Shown in pieces: positions 27,701 to 36,237 of a DNA stretch of 44,245 bases (position 1 is its first letter; every line of letters begins with the position of its first letter). The notes beneath the pieces are model-generated. The model ran no database searches and was not told the origin of the DNA. It worked only from the letters and a program-made list of their open reading frames with translations. Position numbers and translations under genes: made by a program. This DNA comes from a virus (taxonomy: Duplodnaviria; Caudoviricetes): IMG/VR virus record IMGVR_UViG_3300032103_000107, positions 1 to 44,245 of that record. One strand, 5' to 3'.

Positions 27701-29416
27701 GAAGGCGATAATAGAAATGAGATGGTCTATTGGCATGGTGGTAATTTAGATGATTATAGTGAAACAATCGCTCAAAGAAATGGTAGATATGAATTTGGTG
27801 CTGGATTATATATGACAACAAGTTATGAGGTTGTTAAAAAATACACTAAAGGAAGTAGAAAATTATATAAGATTACTGTAGAGAGGGGTGTTGATATAAA
27901 TGATGCATTTATTGATTTAGAAAAAGCATTAAATTTTATTAACACATATGTTTTAACTGCTAAAAGAAAATCTATAATAGAATATCTTAGCAAATATATT
28001 GAAGATGGAAAAGTACCTGCTAATATCTTTAATAATTTAATATTAAATCATAAGGCGATACCGTCTACAAAAACTAAAGAATTAAGAAATTTTCTTATAA
28101 TTAATGGTATTGATTATGAGATTGTAGATAATGCATTTGGTTTTGGTGAAAAAATGATGGTTCTTTACAACATGAAAAAAATAAAAGATGTAAAGAGAAT
28201 AACATCAAAAGATAAAATTGATAATTATAATTTATTAGATGAAAGCATATCTGATATAGTGAATTTGTCATTTAAACAAGAGATTGAAAATATTGGTGGT
28301 AAATTATATTCTGTAGGTGGTGCTGTAAGAGATAAATTCTTGGGTAAAGAATCTAAAGACCTTGATGTATTAATTACAGGAGTATCATTTGATCAACTTG
28401 AAAAACTTTTATCTAAGTATGGTAGAGTTGATGCTGTTGGTAAATCATTTGGTATTTTGAAATTTAAACCACAAGGATCATCAGAAGAAATTGATATTGC
28501 AATTCCGAGGACAGAAAAAGCTACTGGTGAAGGTGGACATAAAGGATTTGAAGTCACTTCTGATCATGCATTACCAATTGAAAAGGATTTGGAGAGAAGA
28601 GATTTTACTATAAATGCAATAGCTAAAGATGCTGCAGGTAATGTAATTGATCCTTATGGTGGTCAAGAAGACTTAAAGAATAAAATAATTAGAATTGTTA
28701 ATCCTCAAGCATTTTCAGATGATCCATTAAGAATGCTTAGAGCAGTGCAATTTGCAGCACGTTTTGATTTTACGATAGAACCTAAAACAGAACAATTAAT
28801 AAAAAGTAATTCATCAAGAATTAAAGAAATTCCAGCAGAAAGAATCTTAACTGAATTAGATAAAATAGTTAAAAAGGGAGATGTACTATATGGTGCTGAT
28901 TTATTAAGGGAAACAGGACTTTATGTACAAATATTTGGTTCTAAGTCACCAGTTGGTTTTGAGGATCATTGGGATTTAGATGCATGGAATAATGTAAAGA
29001 CTATGGGTGAATATATTTATTTACTAGCTTTTCCTGTACAGGAAAATCCTGCTGAATTCTATAAGAAAGCATTGAAGGGTGATATACCAACATATAAGGA
29101 AATTCTTGCATTACATACAGGATTTAAAAATGTTAGTGAAAACCCTATAAAAAATAGAGTTGTAGCCCATAATATGTATACCATATATCCAGAATCACTT
29201 AACAGTAAGATATTACCAAAACCGTTATTAATTGCTGCAAACGAGTTAAATTCTGGTAAATATCCAAAAGGATTTAAAGAATTAGCTGTTACAGGAAATG
29301 ATTTAATTAATAAAGGTTTATTTGGTAAAGAGTTGGGAGATAAATTGAAAAAAATGCTATTATCTGTTTATTCTGATGCCGCAAAAAATTATAGAAATGA
29401 ATTATTAAATTTCTGA
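24767..29416 (+). CDS. Polyvalent protein: kinase-like domain, four ART-like domains and a CCA-adding/poly(A) polymerase-type nucleotidyltransferase (~1549 aa)
   Basis: Kinase: LGQGSSRIVF, VIKVAK, IDYG. ART-like starts: TYRG, LYRG, GYHGT, YWHGG, with GxGLY/IY and GYDGV-type motifs. NTase: VGGAVRD, DLDV, DLERRDFTINA, DPLRMLR. ATG 24767 is preferred because the track GTG at 24734 lies inside the hairpin. Confidence 0.85.
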   Translation: MLDNSEFNSPVSPNDELRDLNREDELQNIQPPFDDHYLWAIEPEKVSENINNKKISDKLKRTVQFIEKVSDYSEFNKEILYRYYNDVKYNIKKAISMVNNEPMFYEKLMQLKNYLNTLDINEDGTSLYMATDGVVENELTSTFNVEDLKNIKSYKGRIFYLKNKLQLLGQGSSRIVFKIDNQKVIKVAKNSKGIGQNFLEAEIGQDNFFIEVVAKVYDYDLDFVWIISEYASKFSEAEFKKIEGYDFKTFGLYLTSEKYGHNWEQQVTPEEHDAFIYPKSPNSFATNIKQLMRDYNMPVGDLVVKSSYGISTKNRECAVILIDYGIDEDVYKSYYSKIKEQILREMMMYLKDEQPIDERKLSYMPNSSSVEVKQNCRLAGKSDRTSDACNQGDIKNLNLRPIRENSDADYKKWKRDNVTYRGISEDSVDGENGGMAMLGQGLYSVPASNKAMARKYGKLVMLVNAKPKNPKIFNTLNDWEIWFQYNVVFPISKAKGKDYPDGRDVNSISEEMMKRGYDGVVIKGREIVNYKPEDVRYYYNERQLEMHYDFYVAPNKNNINEANGDGNKMKKTVLTNFLNKLEAYQSNYYDNIDKNDLVNAWRILHLKAKEYIKPNPKELNNLYRGADEVLSKKAVSFTSNKNYAKLSGTYVLPFSELQSYEGLISKKRVNKLIDGFKIDFSISDHEGEVIVLNPVWKKFDIEKYRVSELVEDLSYMHVDNAAPEQDKYMMGLEESMTNRIIKNVIGYHGTDSEFDINKVGENTGNYGHYGYGIYFSDDEREAKTYGNIVKKYNLTITNPFTGTDDEYLKLKDMGWNVGDYGKTNIKFTELINDTKDQEVKYFMVCLLKYKNNAWEEFWKKYPNNKNDYLNDLYNLYEMSDASGHDDGVNETAIQMILDNLNSVGIKLNPEYNFGFLYKTPLHYITNTGEYGKQLTNDLKKLGYDSVIYGSEIVIFDPKNIKFINYVTPIQDKYMMELKEGDNRNEMVYWHGGNLDDYSETIAQRNGRYEFGAGLYMTTSYEVVKKYTKGSRKLYKITVERGVDINDAFIDLEKALNFINTYVLTAKRKSIIEYLSKYIEDGKVPANIFNNLILNHKAIPSTKTKELRNFLIINGIDYEIVDNAFGFGEKMMVLYNMKKIKDVKRITSKDKIDNYNLLDESISDIVNLSFKQEIENIGGKLYSVGGAVRDKFLGKESKDLDVLITGVSFDQLEKLLSKYGRVDAVGKSFGILKFKPQGSSEEIDIAIPRTEKATGEGGHKGFEVTSDHALPIEKDLERRDFTINAIAKDAAGNVIDPYGGQEDLKNKIIRIVNPQAFSDDPLRMLRAVQFAARFDFTIEPKTEQLIKSNSSRIKEIPAERILTELDKIVKKGDVLYGADLLRETGLYVQIFGSKSPVGFEDHWDLDAWNNVKTMGEYIYLLAFPVQENPAEFYKKALKGDIPTYKEILALHTGFKNVSENPIKNRVVAHNMYTIYPESLNSKILPKPLLIAANELNSGKYPKGFKELAVTGNDLINKGLFGKELGDKLKKMLLSVYSDAAKNYRNELLNF
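26938..27692 (+). repeat. 20-bp direct repeat flanking the third ART-like domain (26938-26957 and 27673-27692)
   Basis: ACAAGACAAATACATGATGG occurs twice, 735 nt apart and in frame (QDKYMM). Confidence 0.9.
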
Positions 29417-29434
29417 TGAATCAATAGAAATTAG

Positions 29435-29443
29435 GTATTTATA
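29435..29443 (+). promoter_or_regulatory. GTATTTATA motif
   Basis: 16 nt upstream of ATG 29460. Confidence 0.6.
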
Positions 29444-29459
29444 TGAAAAGTAATGTAAA

Positions 29460-29777
29460 ATGGCAAATTCATCAAAAAATAATGATAGTAGTTTTGAGGG
29501 TACGTTAGTTAATAAAATAAGTAATTTAAAGACGATAATTGGCTTTGTTCTTTTTATTGCTGTTGGAGTTGGCAACTACATGATTACAGAACTCAAAGTT
29601 AGAGAACACGATAAAAAAATTGAACATCTTGAAGAACAGATTAAATTAAGAGGTAATGATGCTTTAATAATGAAGCAATTAGATGATATACAAAAGACAA
29701 ATAGTGAATTGTCTGCTAAAATTGAAAAAACAAATGAAAGAGTTGACAAAGTACTTGAGATACTTCTTCGTAAGTAA
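29460..29777 (+). CDS. Single-TM coiled-coil protein (105 aa)
   Basis: TM segment TIIGFVLFIAVGVGNYMI followed by a heptad-like C-terminus. Confidence 0.75.
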   Translation: MANSSKNNDSSFEGTLVNKISNLKTIIGFVLFIAVGVGNYMITELKVREHDKKIEHLEEQIKLRGNDALIMKQLDDIQKTNSELSAKIEKTNERVDKVLEILLRK

Positions 29778-30399
29778 TCTAATATTATTAGGATGCACCG
29801 CAGATAGTGCTATAGAAGAAAAACCTATTGAATCATCAACTACTCTAGTAATGACTAGAGAGGATTCTATACTTAGATTAGCTGAGGAATTAAATATTAC
29901 AATTGATAAAAATAATGATAATGTTCATGCTATTTTAGATAAAATTATTTTACAAAAAACTAAATTATTGTCTCGTTTAGATTCTCTAAATGAAAGAGCT
30001 AATGATATGGAAAGAATGGCTTATGAGTATAAAAAAAAAGAAGATGATGAAATAAAAGCCAAGTTACTTGCAGAAATTAATGATATTAAAATTGAACTTG
30101 AAAAAATAAAAAAATTTGCTAAAGACAATGAAATTAAAGATAGGGATAAATTAAGAATTCCTGAAAAACCTATAATTGATACAAAATCTTTTGAGGATTT
30201 GCAACCCGGAAATTATGTTTTTAGATTAGATCGTACCCGCATATTACGTGTTTACATAACACCAGAAAAAGAAGTAATTATTAGTAAACCTATAATGGAC
30301 TCAACTACTGTGTTTAAAAACAGTGGTACACAATTAAGTCCAAGAATGCAAAAAGAATTACAGCAAATTAAAGATAGAGTAAAAAATCAAAATAACTAA
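29734..30399 (+). CDS. Predicted lipoprotein with coiled coil (221 aa)
   Basis: ATG 29734 gives MKELTKYLRYFFVSNLILLGC, a lipobox-like LLGC. Overlaps the upstream gene by 44 nt. Confidence 0.65.
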   Translation: MKELTKYLRYFFVSNLILLGCTADSAIEEKPIESSTTLVMTREDSILRLAEELNITIDKNNDNVHAILDKIILQKTKLLSRLDSLNERANDMERMAYEYKKKEDDEIKAKLLAEINDIKIELEKIKKFAKDNEIKDRDKLRIPEKPIIDTKSFEDLQPGNYVFRLDRTRILRVYITPEKEVIISKPIMDSTTVFKNSGTQLSPRMQKELQQIKDRVKNQNN

Positions 30400-31496
30400 T
30401 GAAAAAAATTTTATTAATTATATTGTTGATATTGTCTATATTGCCATTATTTGGGCAATTACAATTACCTGAGTTAAAATCGATTTATAAGAAAGGTGAT
30501 AGTATTATATGGAATAAATTATTACCAGTTTATATTCATATAAGTACTGGTCAAGATGAGCATATATTTAAAAAACCAATGTATCTTGATACTGAAGGTG
30601 CTAATTTTATTAGAACCAAATGGGAAATGGATTCACTAGGTAAATATATACAACCACAAAGAGAACAATTATGGATTATTTATGCTGACAGTAAAGCACC
30701 CATAACTAAAGTAAAATTTGTATCTAAAGAAAAATATATTTTTAAAGGTAAAACATACTATAGTGATGATGTAAAAGCTAAACTTGAATCATATGATGAA
30801 CTATCAGGTGTAAAAAACATCTATTATTCAATAGATAGTTCAGAATTTGTAAAATACAATGATTTAATTAAATTTGAAGGTAAAAAAAATATAAATTTTA
30901 AATTTTATTCAGTTGATAATGTTGGAAATATAGAAAATATTAGTCAAATTACTTATTTTTCAGATAAAAATAACTTATCTTTAGGTATTGATGACGTTGC
31001 ACCAATTTCAATTATTAATAAAAATGATTCTATTTTATCACTGAAAGATGTGATTGCTTTAAATTCTAGTGATGATGGTGTTGGAGTAAGTGTTATATAT
31101 TATAGTATAAATGGTGGAGGATTTAAACCATATGAAAATCCATTAACATTGACAGGCATTAAAGATGGGTATCATGTGATAGAATATTATGCTCTTGATT
31201 GGATTAATAATCAAGAAGAAATAAAAAAATATAAATTTTACCTAGATGTAAATGCCCCTGAAATAAAAATAGAAGAATCTATTATGGAATTAAACAGTAA
31301 AAGAGCGATAAAGATAAATGCAATAGATAATAAATCTGGTGTAAAAAAAATATTGATACAATTAAAAGAAACTGATAAATTTTTTGAATATAAAGAACCA
31401 TTACTAGTAGATATTACACACCAAAAATTGAAAATTGTTGCAATTGATAACATAGGTAATACAAGTATTAGAACTATTACATATGGTAAAAATTAA
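30399..31496 (+). CDS. Secreted protein with repeated OmpL47-type/Ig-like domains (365 aa)
   Basis: Signal peptide MKKILLIILLILSILPLFG; three DxxAP...D..(S/V)GV..I...(DN.GN/DWINN) repeats. Confidence 0.7.
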   Translation: MKKILLIILLILSILPLFGQLQLPELKSIYKKGDSIIWNKLLPVYIHISTGQDEHIFKKPMYLDTEGANFIRTKWEMDSLGKYIQPQREQLWIIYADSKAPITKVKFVSKEKYIFKGKTYYSDDVKAKLESYDELSGVKNIYYSIDSSEFVKYNDLIKFEGKKNINFKFYSVDNVGNIENISQITYFSDKNNLSLGIDDVAPISIINKNDSILSLKDVIALNSSDDGVGVSVIYYSINGGGFKPYENPLTLTGIKDGYHVIEYYALDWINNQEEIKKYKFYLDVNAPEIKIEESIMELNSKRAIKINAIDNKSGVKKILIQLKETDKFFEYKEPLLVDITHQKLKIVAIDNIGNTSIRTITYGKN

Positions 31497-31499
31497 TCT

Positions 31500-31886
31500 A
31501 TGGAAAAAGTATTATATAGTGCAGTAGTTCTTGATGATGATTCACATACTATGTTGGTAAATGCTTTTAAAACATTTATACCTAAAGATTTTAAAATCTA
31601 CGCACATCATATGACAATTAACATGGGTGAGCTTAGAGAAGAATATAAAAAGTATTTAGGCATGACTGTAATGTTAAAGGTTGTTGGATTAGGTATTGAT
31701 GAAAAGGCTATAGCTGTAAAGGTCGAAGGATTTCCAACAGTAAATAAAATACCTCATGTCACTCTTGCTGTTGATGTAAATAATGGTGGTAAACCAGTTA
31801 TGAGTAATAATATTACTAAATGGCAACCAATAAAAAATATGATGTTTATGTTAAAGGGTGTTGTACAAGAAATTAAATCAAAATAA
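31500..31886 (+). CDS. 2H phosphoesterase (tRNA-ligase CPD-like 2',3'-cyclic phosphodiesterase)
   Basis: Two HxT motifs: HHMTI and PHVTL. Confidence 0.8.
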   Translation: MEKVLYSAVVLDDDSHTMLVNAFKTFIPKDFKIYAHHMTINMGELREEYKKYLGMTVMLKVVGLGIDEKAIAVKVEGFPTVNKIPHVTLAVDVNNGGKPVMSNNITKWQPIKNMMFMLKGVVQEIKSK

Positions 31887-32452
31887 TGAATCATATAAAA
31901 AAAATAGTCTTTATAGATCACGATGGTTCATTAATGAATGTTCCAATGCCCGATACTGGAAGAATTTTGTGGAAAGAAAAAACTGGTACTGAATACCCAC
32001 ATAAGGGATGGTGGGGTCAACCAGATAGTTTAAATACTAATGTATTTGATATAGAACCATTTCAAAGTGTTGAAAATATATTAAAAAAGGAAAATGCTAA
32101 TCCTTCATCATATACTGTTTTATTAACTAATAGAATACCAAAATTTGAATCAATAATTAAGAATCTTCTAAATTCTATGGGATTACATTTTGACTTGTAT
32201 TCATTTAAATCCGATAATAGGGATAAAAAGGAAAGGATATTAGAAATATCAAGTAAATTTCCTTCATTAGAGGAAATTAAGGTATTTGATGACCAAAATG
32301 ATCAAATTGAAATATTAAAAACATTAAAATATGATGTTGATGAAACAATTAAAGTTGAGGTCTACCAAGCCAATAATGGTCAATTAAATCTTGTTGAAAA
32401 ACATCAAAGAATTAAGTTTTTAATAAAAAAGGGTATTAAAAAGTATTTATAA
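31886..32452 (+). CDS. HAD-family phosphatase, Swiss-Army-Knife RNA-repair type
   Basis: FIDHDGSL, WW, LLTNR, K and VFDD HAD motifs; TAATG-coupled to the 2H gene. Confidence 0.75.
   Translation: MNHIKKIVFIDHDGSLMNVPMPDTGRILWKEKTGTEYPHKGWWGQPDSLNTNVFDIEPFQSVENILKKENANPSSYTVLLTNRIPKFESIIKNLLNSMGLHFDLYSFKSDNRDKKERILEISSKFPSLEEIKVFDDQNDQIEILKTLKYDVDETIKVEVYQANNGQLNLVEKHQRIKFLIKKGIKKYL
32443..32451 (+). promoter_or_regulatory. GTATTTATA motif
   Basis: Lies in the last codons of the HAD gene, 14 nt before ATG 32466. Confidence 0.55.
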
Positions 32453-32465
32453 GAAATACTTTCAA

Positions 32466-33269
32466 ATGATAGACATGAGATATAAACCAAATCATTTACC
32501 ACAAATAAATGCTCCATTCCTTTATGTTGTGGATCAATTGGACAATGAAAAGGTTAAATATAAGATTTTAAAACCTACACCAAACGAATTGAAGCCCACA
32601 CAGGGCTTAGTTGATTTATGTAAGGTATCATCAATATTTAGAAGTGGTAAAATTAACCAACCTATATGGTTATCAAGAGATAATGAAATATTGGATGGAC
32701 ATCACAGATATGCAGCTTCAATTAATAAAAATGAGCCATTAAAAGCGATTCAAATTGATTTACCCTTACATGATGCCGCTAGAATTTTAAATAAAATTGT
32801 CGATATTTTTCATTATAAAAGACAACGAGCACTTGATGAAGTGATATCACAAAATGTTATTAATGATGATAAAAATTCTGATTTATTGAATCAATTGTTG
32901 CGTGGAATACCTAAAAAAGATAAAAAAATAAATAAAGAGGTATTTATTGGTTATAGAGAAGATGAGCCGAAGCCAAATTCTAAAGTGGGAAATTTCTTTT
33001 CTCTTAACCCAAACAAAGAGATGAAAAAATTTGAAATTGAATTCGATAACTTACTTGATACTAATAAAATGGATATAACATTTACTAATGATGCAGTACC
33101 AACAGTAGGATTAGCTAAAATATGGTTTCCTGATGTTGATTTGAATGAAATTGCAAATGATATTGATTCTAAAATAGAAAATTTATGTAATAGGCTTGTA
33201 GCTGAAAAAGCAAAAAAAATGGGGTATGATGGAATTAAGTATGGATCAATTATGCTTCAAGTACTATAA
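32466..33269 (+). CDS. ParB/Srx-like N-terminal domain plus a possible ART-like C-terminal domain (267 aa)
   Basis: LKPTQ...PIWLS...ILDGHHR; C-terminal GYR...GNFFS...GYDGIKY. Confidence 0.65.
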   Translation: MIDMRYKPNHLPQINAPFLYVVDQLDNEKVKYKILKPTPNELKPTQGLVDLCKVSSIFRSGKINQPIWLSRDNEILDGHHRYAASINKNEPLKAIQIDLPLHDAARILNKIVDIFHYKRQRALDEVISQNVINDDKNSDLLNQLLRGIPKKDKKINKEVFIGYREDEPKPNSKVGNFFSLNPNKEMKKFEIEFDNLLDTNKMDITFTNDAVPTVGLAKIWFPDVDLNEIANDIDSKIENLCNRLVAEKAKKMGYDGIKYGSIMLQVL

Positions 33270-33296
33270 TAATAATTAAAGATAAATATAAAAAAT

Positions 33297-33653
33297 ATGG
33301 CATATTTTATAATTAAAAATATAACTAACAAACTAGATAAAAGACACCCAAATGTAAACCAATCATTGGATATTGAATATTTTAGTCAATTTGAAAAAAA
33401 ATATCATAATTTAGCATCAGGCAGAGAAATGGTTATTAGTGCGGATAATTTACCATTAGGGGTGCATATTCTTAAAGCAAAAAATCTAATTTATGTAAAG
33501 AAAGTTAGTGACTCTGAATATGAAAAAATGCAACAATCTAAACAAATTAAAGAAAAAAAGCCTGAAGTAACCACCACCACACAAAATCAAGCTGAAGATA
33601 CTTCACAGAAAAAAGAGAAGAAAAAATTCAAAAAAACTGAAGATTTTGAATAA
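33297..33653 (+). CDS. Hypothetical protein (118 aa)
   Basis: A-rich leader; lysine-rich tail. Confidence 0.75.
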   Translation: MAYFIIKNITNKLDKRHPNVNQSLDIEYFSQFEKKYHNLASGREMVISADNLPLGVHILKAKNLIYVKKVSDSEYEKMQQSKQIKEKKPEVTTTTQNQAEDTSQKKEKKKFKKTEDFE

Positions 33654-33660
33654 AAATTGA

Positions 33661-33689
33661 AAAAAGAAGAAGAAATTCTTCTTTTTTTT
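33661..33689 (+). terminator. Intrinsic terminator-like hairpin
   Basis: AAAAAGAAGAA-GAAA-TTCTTCTTTTT followed by Ts. Confidence 0.65.
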
Positions 33690-33709
33690 GTCCTTTTTCA
33701 AAGCCCATT

Positions 33710-33742
33710 GTATTTATAATAAATTATAATTATTTATAAATA
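33710..33742 (+). promoter_or_regulatory. GTATTTATA motif plus a second, palindromic TATTTATAAATA
   Basis: At 33710-33718 and 33731-33742, upstream of ATG 33754. Confidence 0.55.
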
Positions 33743-33753
33743 CTAATGGTATA

Positions 33754-35154
33754 ATGAGCAGAAAACGTATTTTATTTTACAACCTTGACAGTGCAGGGGT
33801 TAATTATTACAGAACCCTTACTCCAGCAGTACAATTAGAAAGAGATCATTCAGATAAGTTTGAAGTAGAAATCAATTCATCAATTGATTTTAATGATTCT
33901 AATACTATTAATTATCTAAAGAGCTTTGATATAATTCATTATCATAGATATTTAATTCCATCAGTACCACAAATGCTTAGATTGGCTAATGAGTTAAAAA
34001 AGAGTGGGGTTGTTTTAGTTATGGACATAGATGATTATTGGATGTTGGATAAAACACATCCAATGTATCCAACATTTATGGATAAGAAGATTTACAACGA
34101 TATTGTGGATAACATTAAAATTGCGGATTATATAACAACAACTACTGAAATATTTGCAACTGAAATTAGAAAGCAAACTGGTAAGGATAATGTGTTTGTA
34201 CTACCTAACTCAGTTAATCCTGAATGGATGAAACAATTTAAAGATGAAAGACGACCTGATCCAAATGGATTAGTTAGAATTACATATATGGCTGGTTCAT
34301 CCCACATGAATGATGTTCAACAATTAAAAGGTGTGATTAATCGTTTAAATGCTGACCATGAAACTAAAGGTAAATTTAAAATTATTATTGCTGGTTGGGA
34401 CACTGAAGGTACTACAATTGATATAACATTTAATCAGGAATTTGGTCAGGAACTACAAAAGAAAGGTTTGTGGACTCCTGATATGGTTAAAGCAATTAAT
34501 AAATCAAGAGGTAATATTGATATGATTCCTAAATTACCATCAGTATTAATTGAAAAATATAGAAATAAAGTTTTTTTTGTGAATCAAAGACCAATTAAAT
34601 CAACTGAGTCAGTATATCTTAATTATGAGAAAATTTTGACTGATGATTATAGAATTATATCTGATCAGGAATATTTGAAATGGTTAGGTAATTACGAAAG
34701 AGGTAAATATGATAATGAAGGTGTATTTGCAAGAAGATGGACACAAAAAGCAAATATCTATGCTGAAGTTTTGAATGAAACAGATATTTCAATTGCACCT
34801 CTTGCAGATAATATCTTTAATAGAATGAAATCTAATTTGAAGCAAGTTGAATGTTGGACAAGAAGCATTCCTATTGTATGTACTGATATTCCACCATATA
34901 ATGTAGATGGGGTTAATGGAAGAAATTGTTTATTAATTCCTTATACTAAAAATTCAATGATAAACAAAAAAATTGATGCTGATTGGGCAAAAGCGTTGAA
35001 AAAACTTATTCTTAATCCAGAATATCGTCAGCAGATTGGTAATCAATTATTCGAAGATTTCAAAGAGAAATATAATTTGAAAAATGTTACCGATAAAAGA
35101 GCACAAATTTATGAATCAATTTGTGTTAATAAAGAACAATTACAAGAAGTATAA
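33754..35154 (+). CDS. GT-B glycosyltransferase (GT4-like, 466 aa)
   Basis: GVNYYR, MDIDDYW, VLPNSV, DISIAPL...FNRMKSNLKQVE...PIVCTD. Confidence 0.8.
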   Translation: MSRKRILFYNLDSAGVNYYRTLTPAVQLERDHSDKFEVEINSSIDFNDSNTINYLKSFDIIHYHRYLIPSVPQMLRLANELKKSGVVLVMDIDDYWMLDKTHPMYPTFMDKKIYNDIVDNIKIADYITTTTEIFATEIRKQTGKDNVFVLPNSVNPEWMKQFKDERRPDPNGLVRITYMAGSSHMNDVQQLKGVINRLNADHETKGKFKIIIAGWDTEGTTIDITFNQEFGQELQKKGLWTPDMVKAINKSRGNIDMIPKLPSVLIEKYRNKVFFVNQRPIKSTESVYLNYEKILTDDYRIISDQEYLKWLGNYERGKYDNEGVFARRWTQKANIYAEVLNETDISIAPLADNIFNRMKSNLKQVECWTRSIPIVCTDIPPYNVDGVNGRNCLLIPYTKNSMINKKIDADWAKALKKLILNPEYRQQIGNQLFEDFKEKYNLKNVTDKRAQIYESICVNKEQLQEV

Positions 35155-35165
35155 AATTATTAACT

Positions 35166-35801
35166 ATGATTAATGTATTAAAAATATATATATATATATA
35201 TATATATATAGCTATAATTAAATTATATCATAAATTTATAAGTAAACTTAAAAGTCACTATCGTTTTATTTCAGTAAATTTAATATTTGAGTATAGATTA
35301 AAAAAATTTAAAATTAATAATGATTCTGAAAAATATCTTAATTCTTTTAGACAGGATGTTAATGAAGAATTTAATAAAAGTAAGATTAATAGGGATTTAT
35401 TAGAAGATGACGATTATGATAATAAATTATTTGAAATTATGACTGATAGAATTAAAAATTATAGTGTTTACACTCTAAGATATGATAATCATATTATGAT
35501 AGATAATTATAAATTCACGTTATGGGATAAATTTATATGTTTATTCATAAAATTAAAATCTTATTTTATTGCTTTTAAATATGCATATAAAGAGGTGATT
35601 AGTGAACCATATGGTGCGTATATGCATAGAAAAAGATTTCAAAAAATCATGGATAAACATTTTAAAAGTTTTTTTGCATCTAATTTAACATCCTCATTAT
35701 ATAAGGGATATAATGTAATTCATAAGAATGATGTATATAAGAGATTTTCAAACTCAATGTACAATTCGATTTTACTACATAATAATATGAAAAAAAAATA
35801 A
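35166..35801 (+). CDS. Hypothetical protein (211 aa) with a 5' (TA)13 tract
   Basis: ORF fits tightly between its neighbours; the N-terminus reads KIYIYIYIYIA. Confidence 0.6.
   Translation: MINVLKIYIYIYIYIAIIKLYHKFISKLKSHYRFISVNLIFEYRLKKFKINNDSEKYLNSFRQDVNEEFNKSKINRDLLEDDDYDNKLFEIMTDRIKNYSVYTLRYDNHIMIDNYKFTLWDKFICLFIKLKSYFIAFKYAYKEVISEPYGAYMHRKRFQKIMDKHFKSFFASNLTSSLYKGYNVIHKNDVYKRFSNSMYNSILLHNNMKKK
35185..35210. repeat. (TA)13 dinucleotide microsatellite
   Basis: Read directly from the sequence. Confidence 0.95.
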
Positions 35802-35805
35802 AATT

Positions 35806-36231
35806 ATGGAAAATTTAGAACAAGAGTTTGATAAGAAAAGAGAAGCATTTTTAAATGATAAGAATAAATTAGCACATATTAAAGCTGTTTATGATTTATC
35901 TATAGTAAAAAAACCTAAAGCAACAAATCAAACTAATACAGATAAATCACTAAAAGATTTGATCGATGATGAATCAAGTATTATTGATGAAGAATTATCA
36001 GGATTAATCGATCAAATGAGTGGTGTTAAGGTAGATACTAAATATGTAGATCAACTTAATCAATCAACTGATATTGGAATAAAAATGGAAGAAGTTGAAG
36101 ATTTAATTGTAAAATTTAACAAAAGAATTAAAGAATTTGATGAAAAAATTGCTCCATTAAATGAACAAAAAAAAGAATATGAGTTGGCAAATAAATATTT
36201 AAAAGATTATATTATTAAACTTGCTTTATAA
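35806..36231 (+). CDS. Hypothetical coiled-coil protein (141 aa)
   Basis: Operon packing; heptad-like C-terminus. Confidence 0.75.
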   Translation: MENLEQEFDKKREAFLNDKNKLAHIKAVYDLSIVKKPKATNQTNTDKSLKDLIDDESSIIDEELSGLIDQMSGVKVDTKYVDQLNQSTDIGIKMEEVEDLIVKFNKRIKEFDEKIAPLNEQKKEYELANKYLKDYIIKLAL

Positions 36232-36237
36232 TTATCT

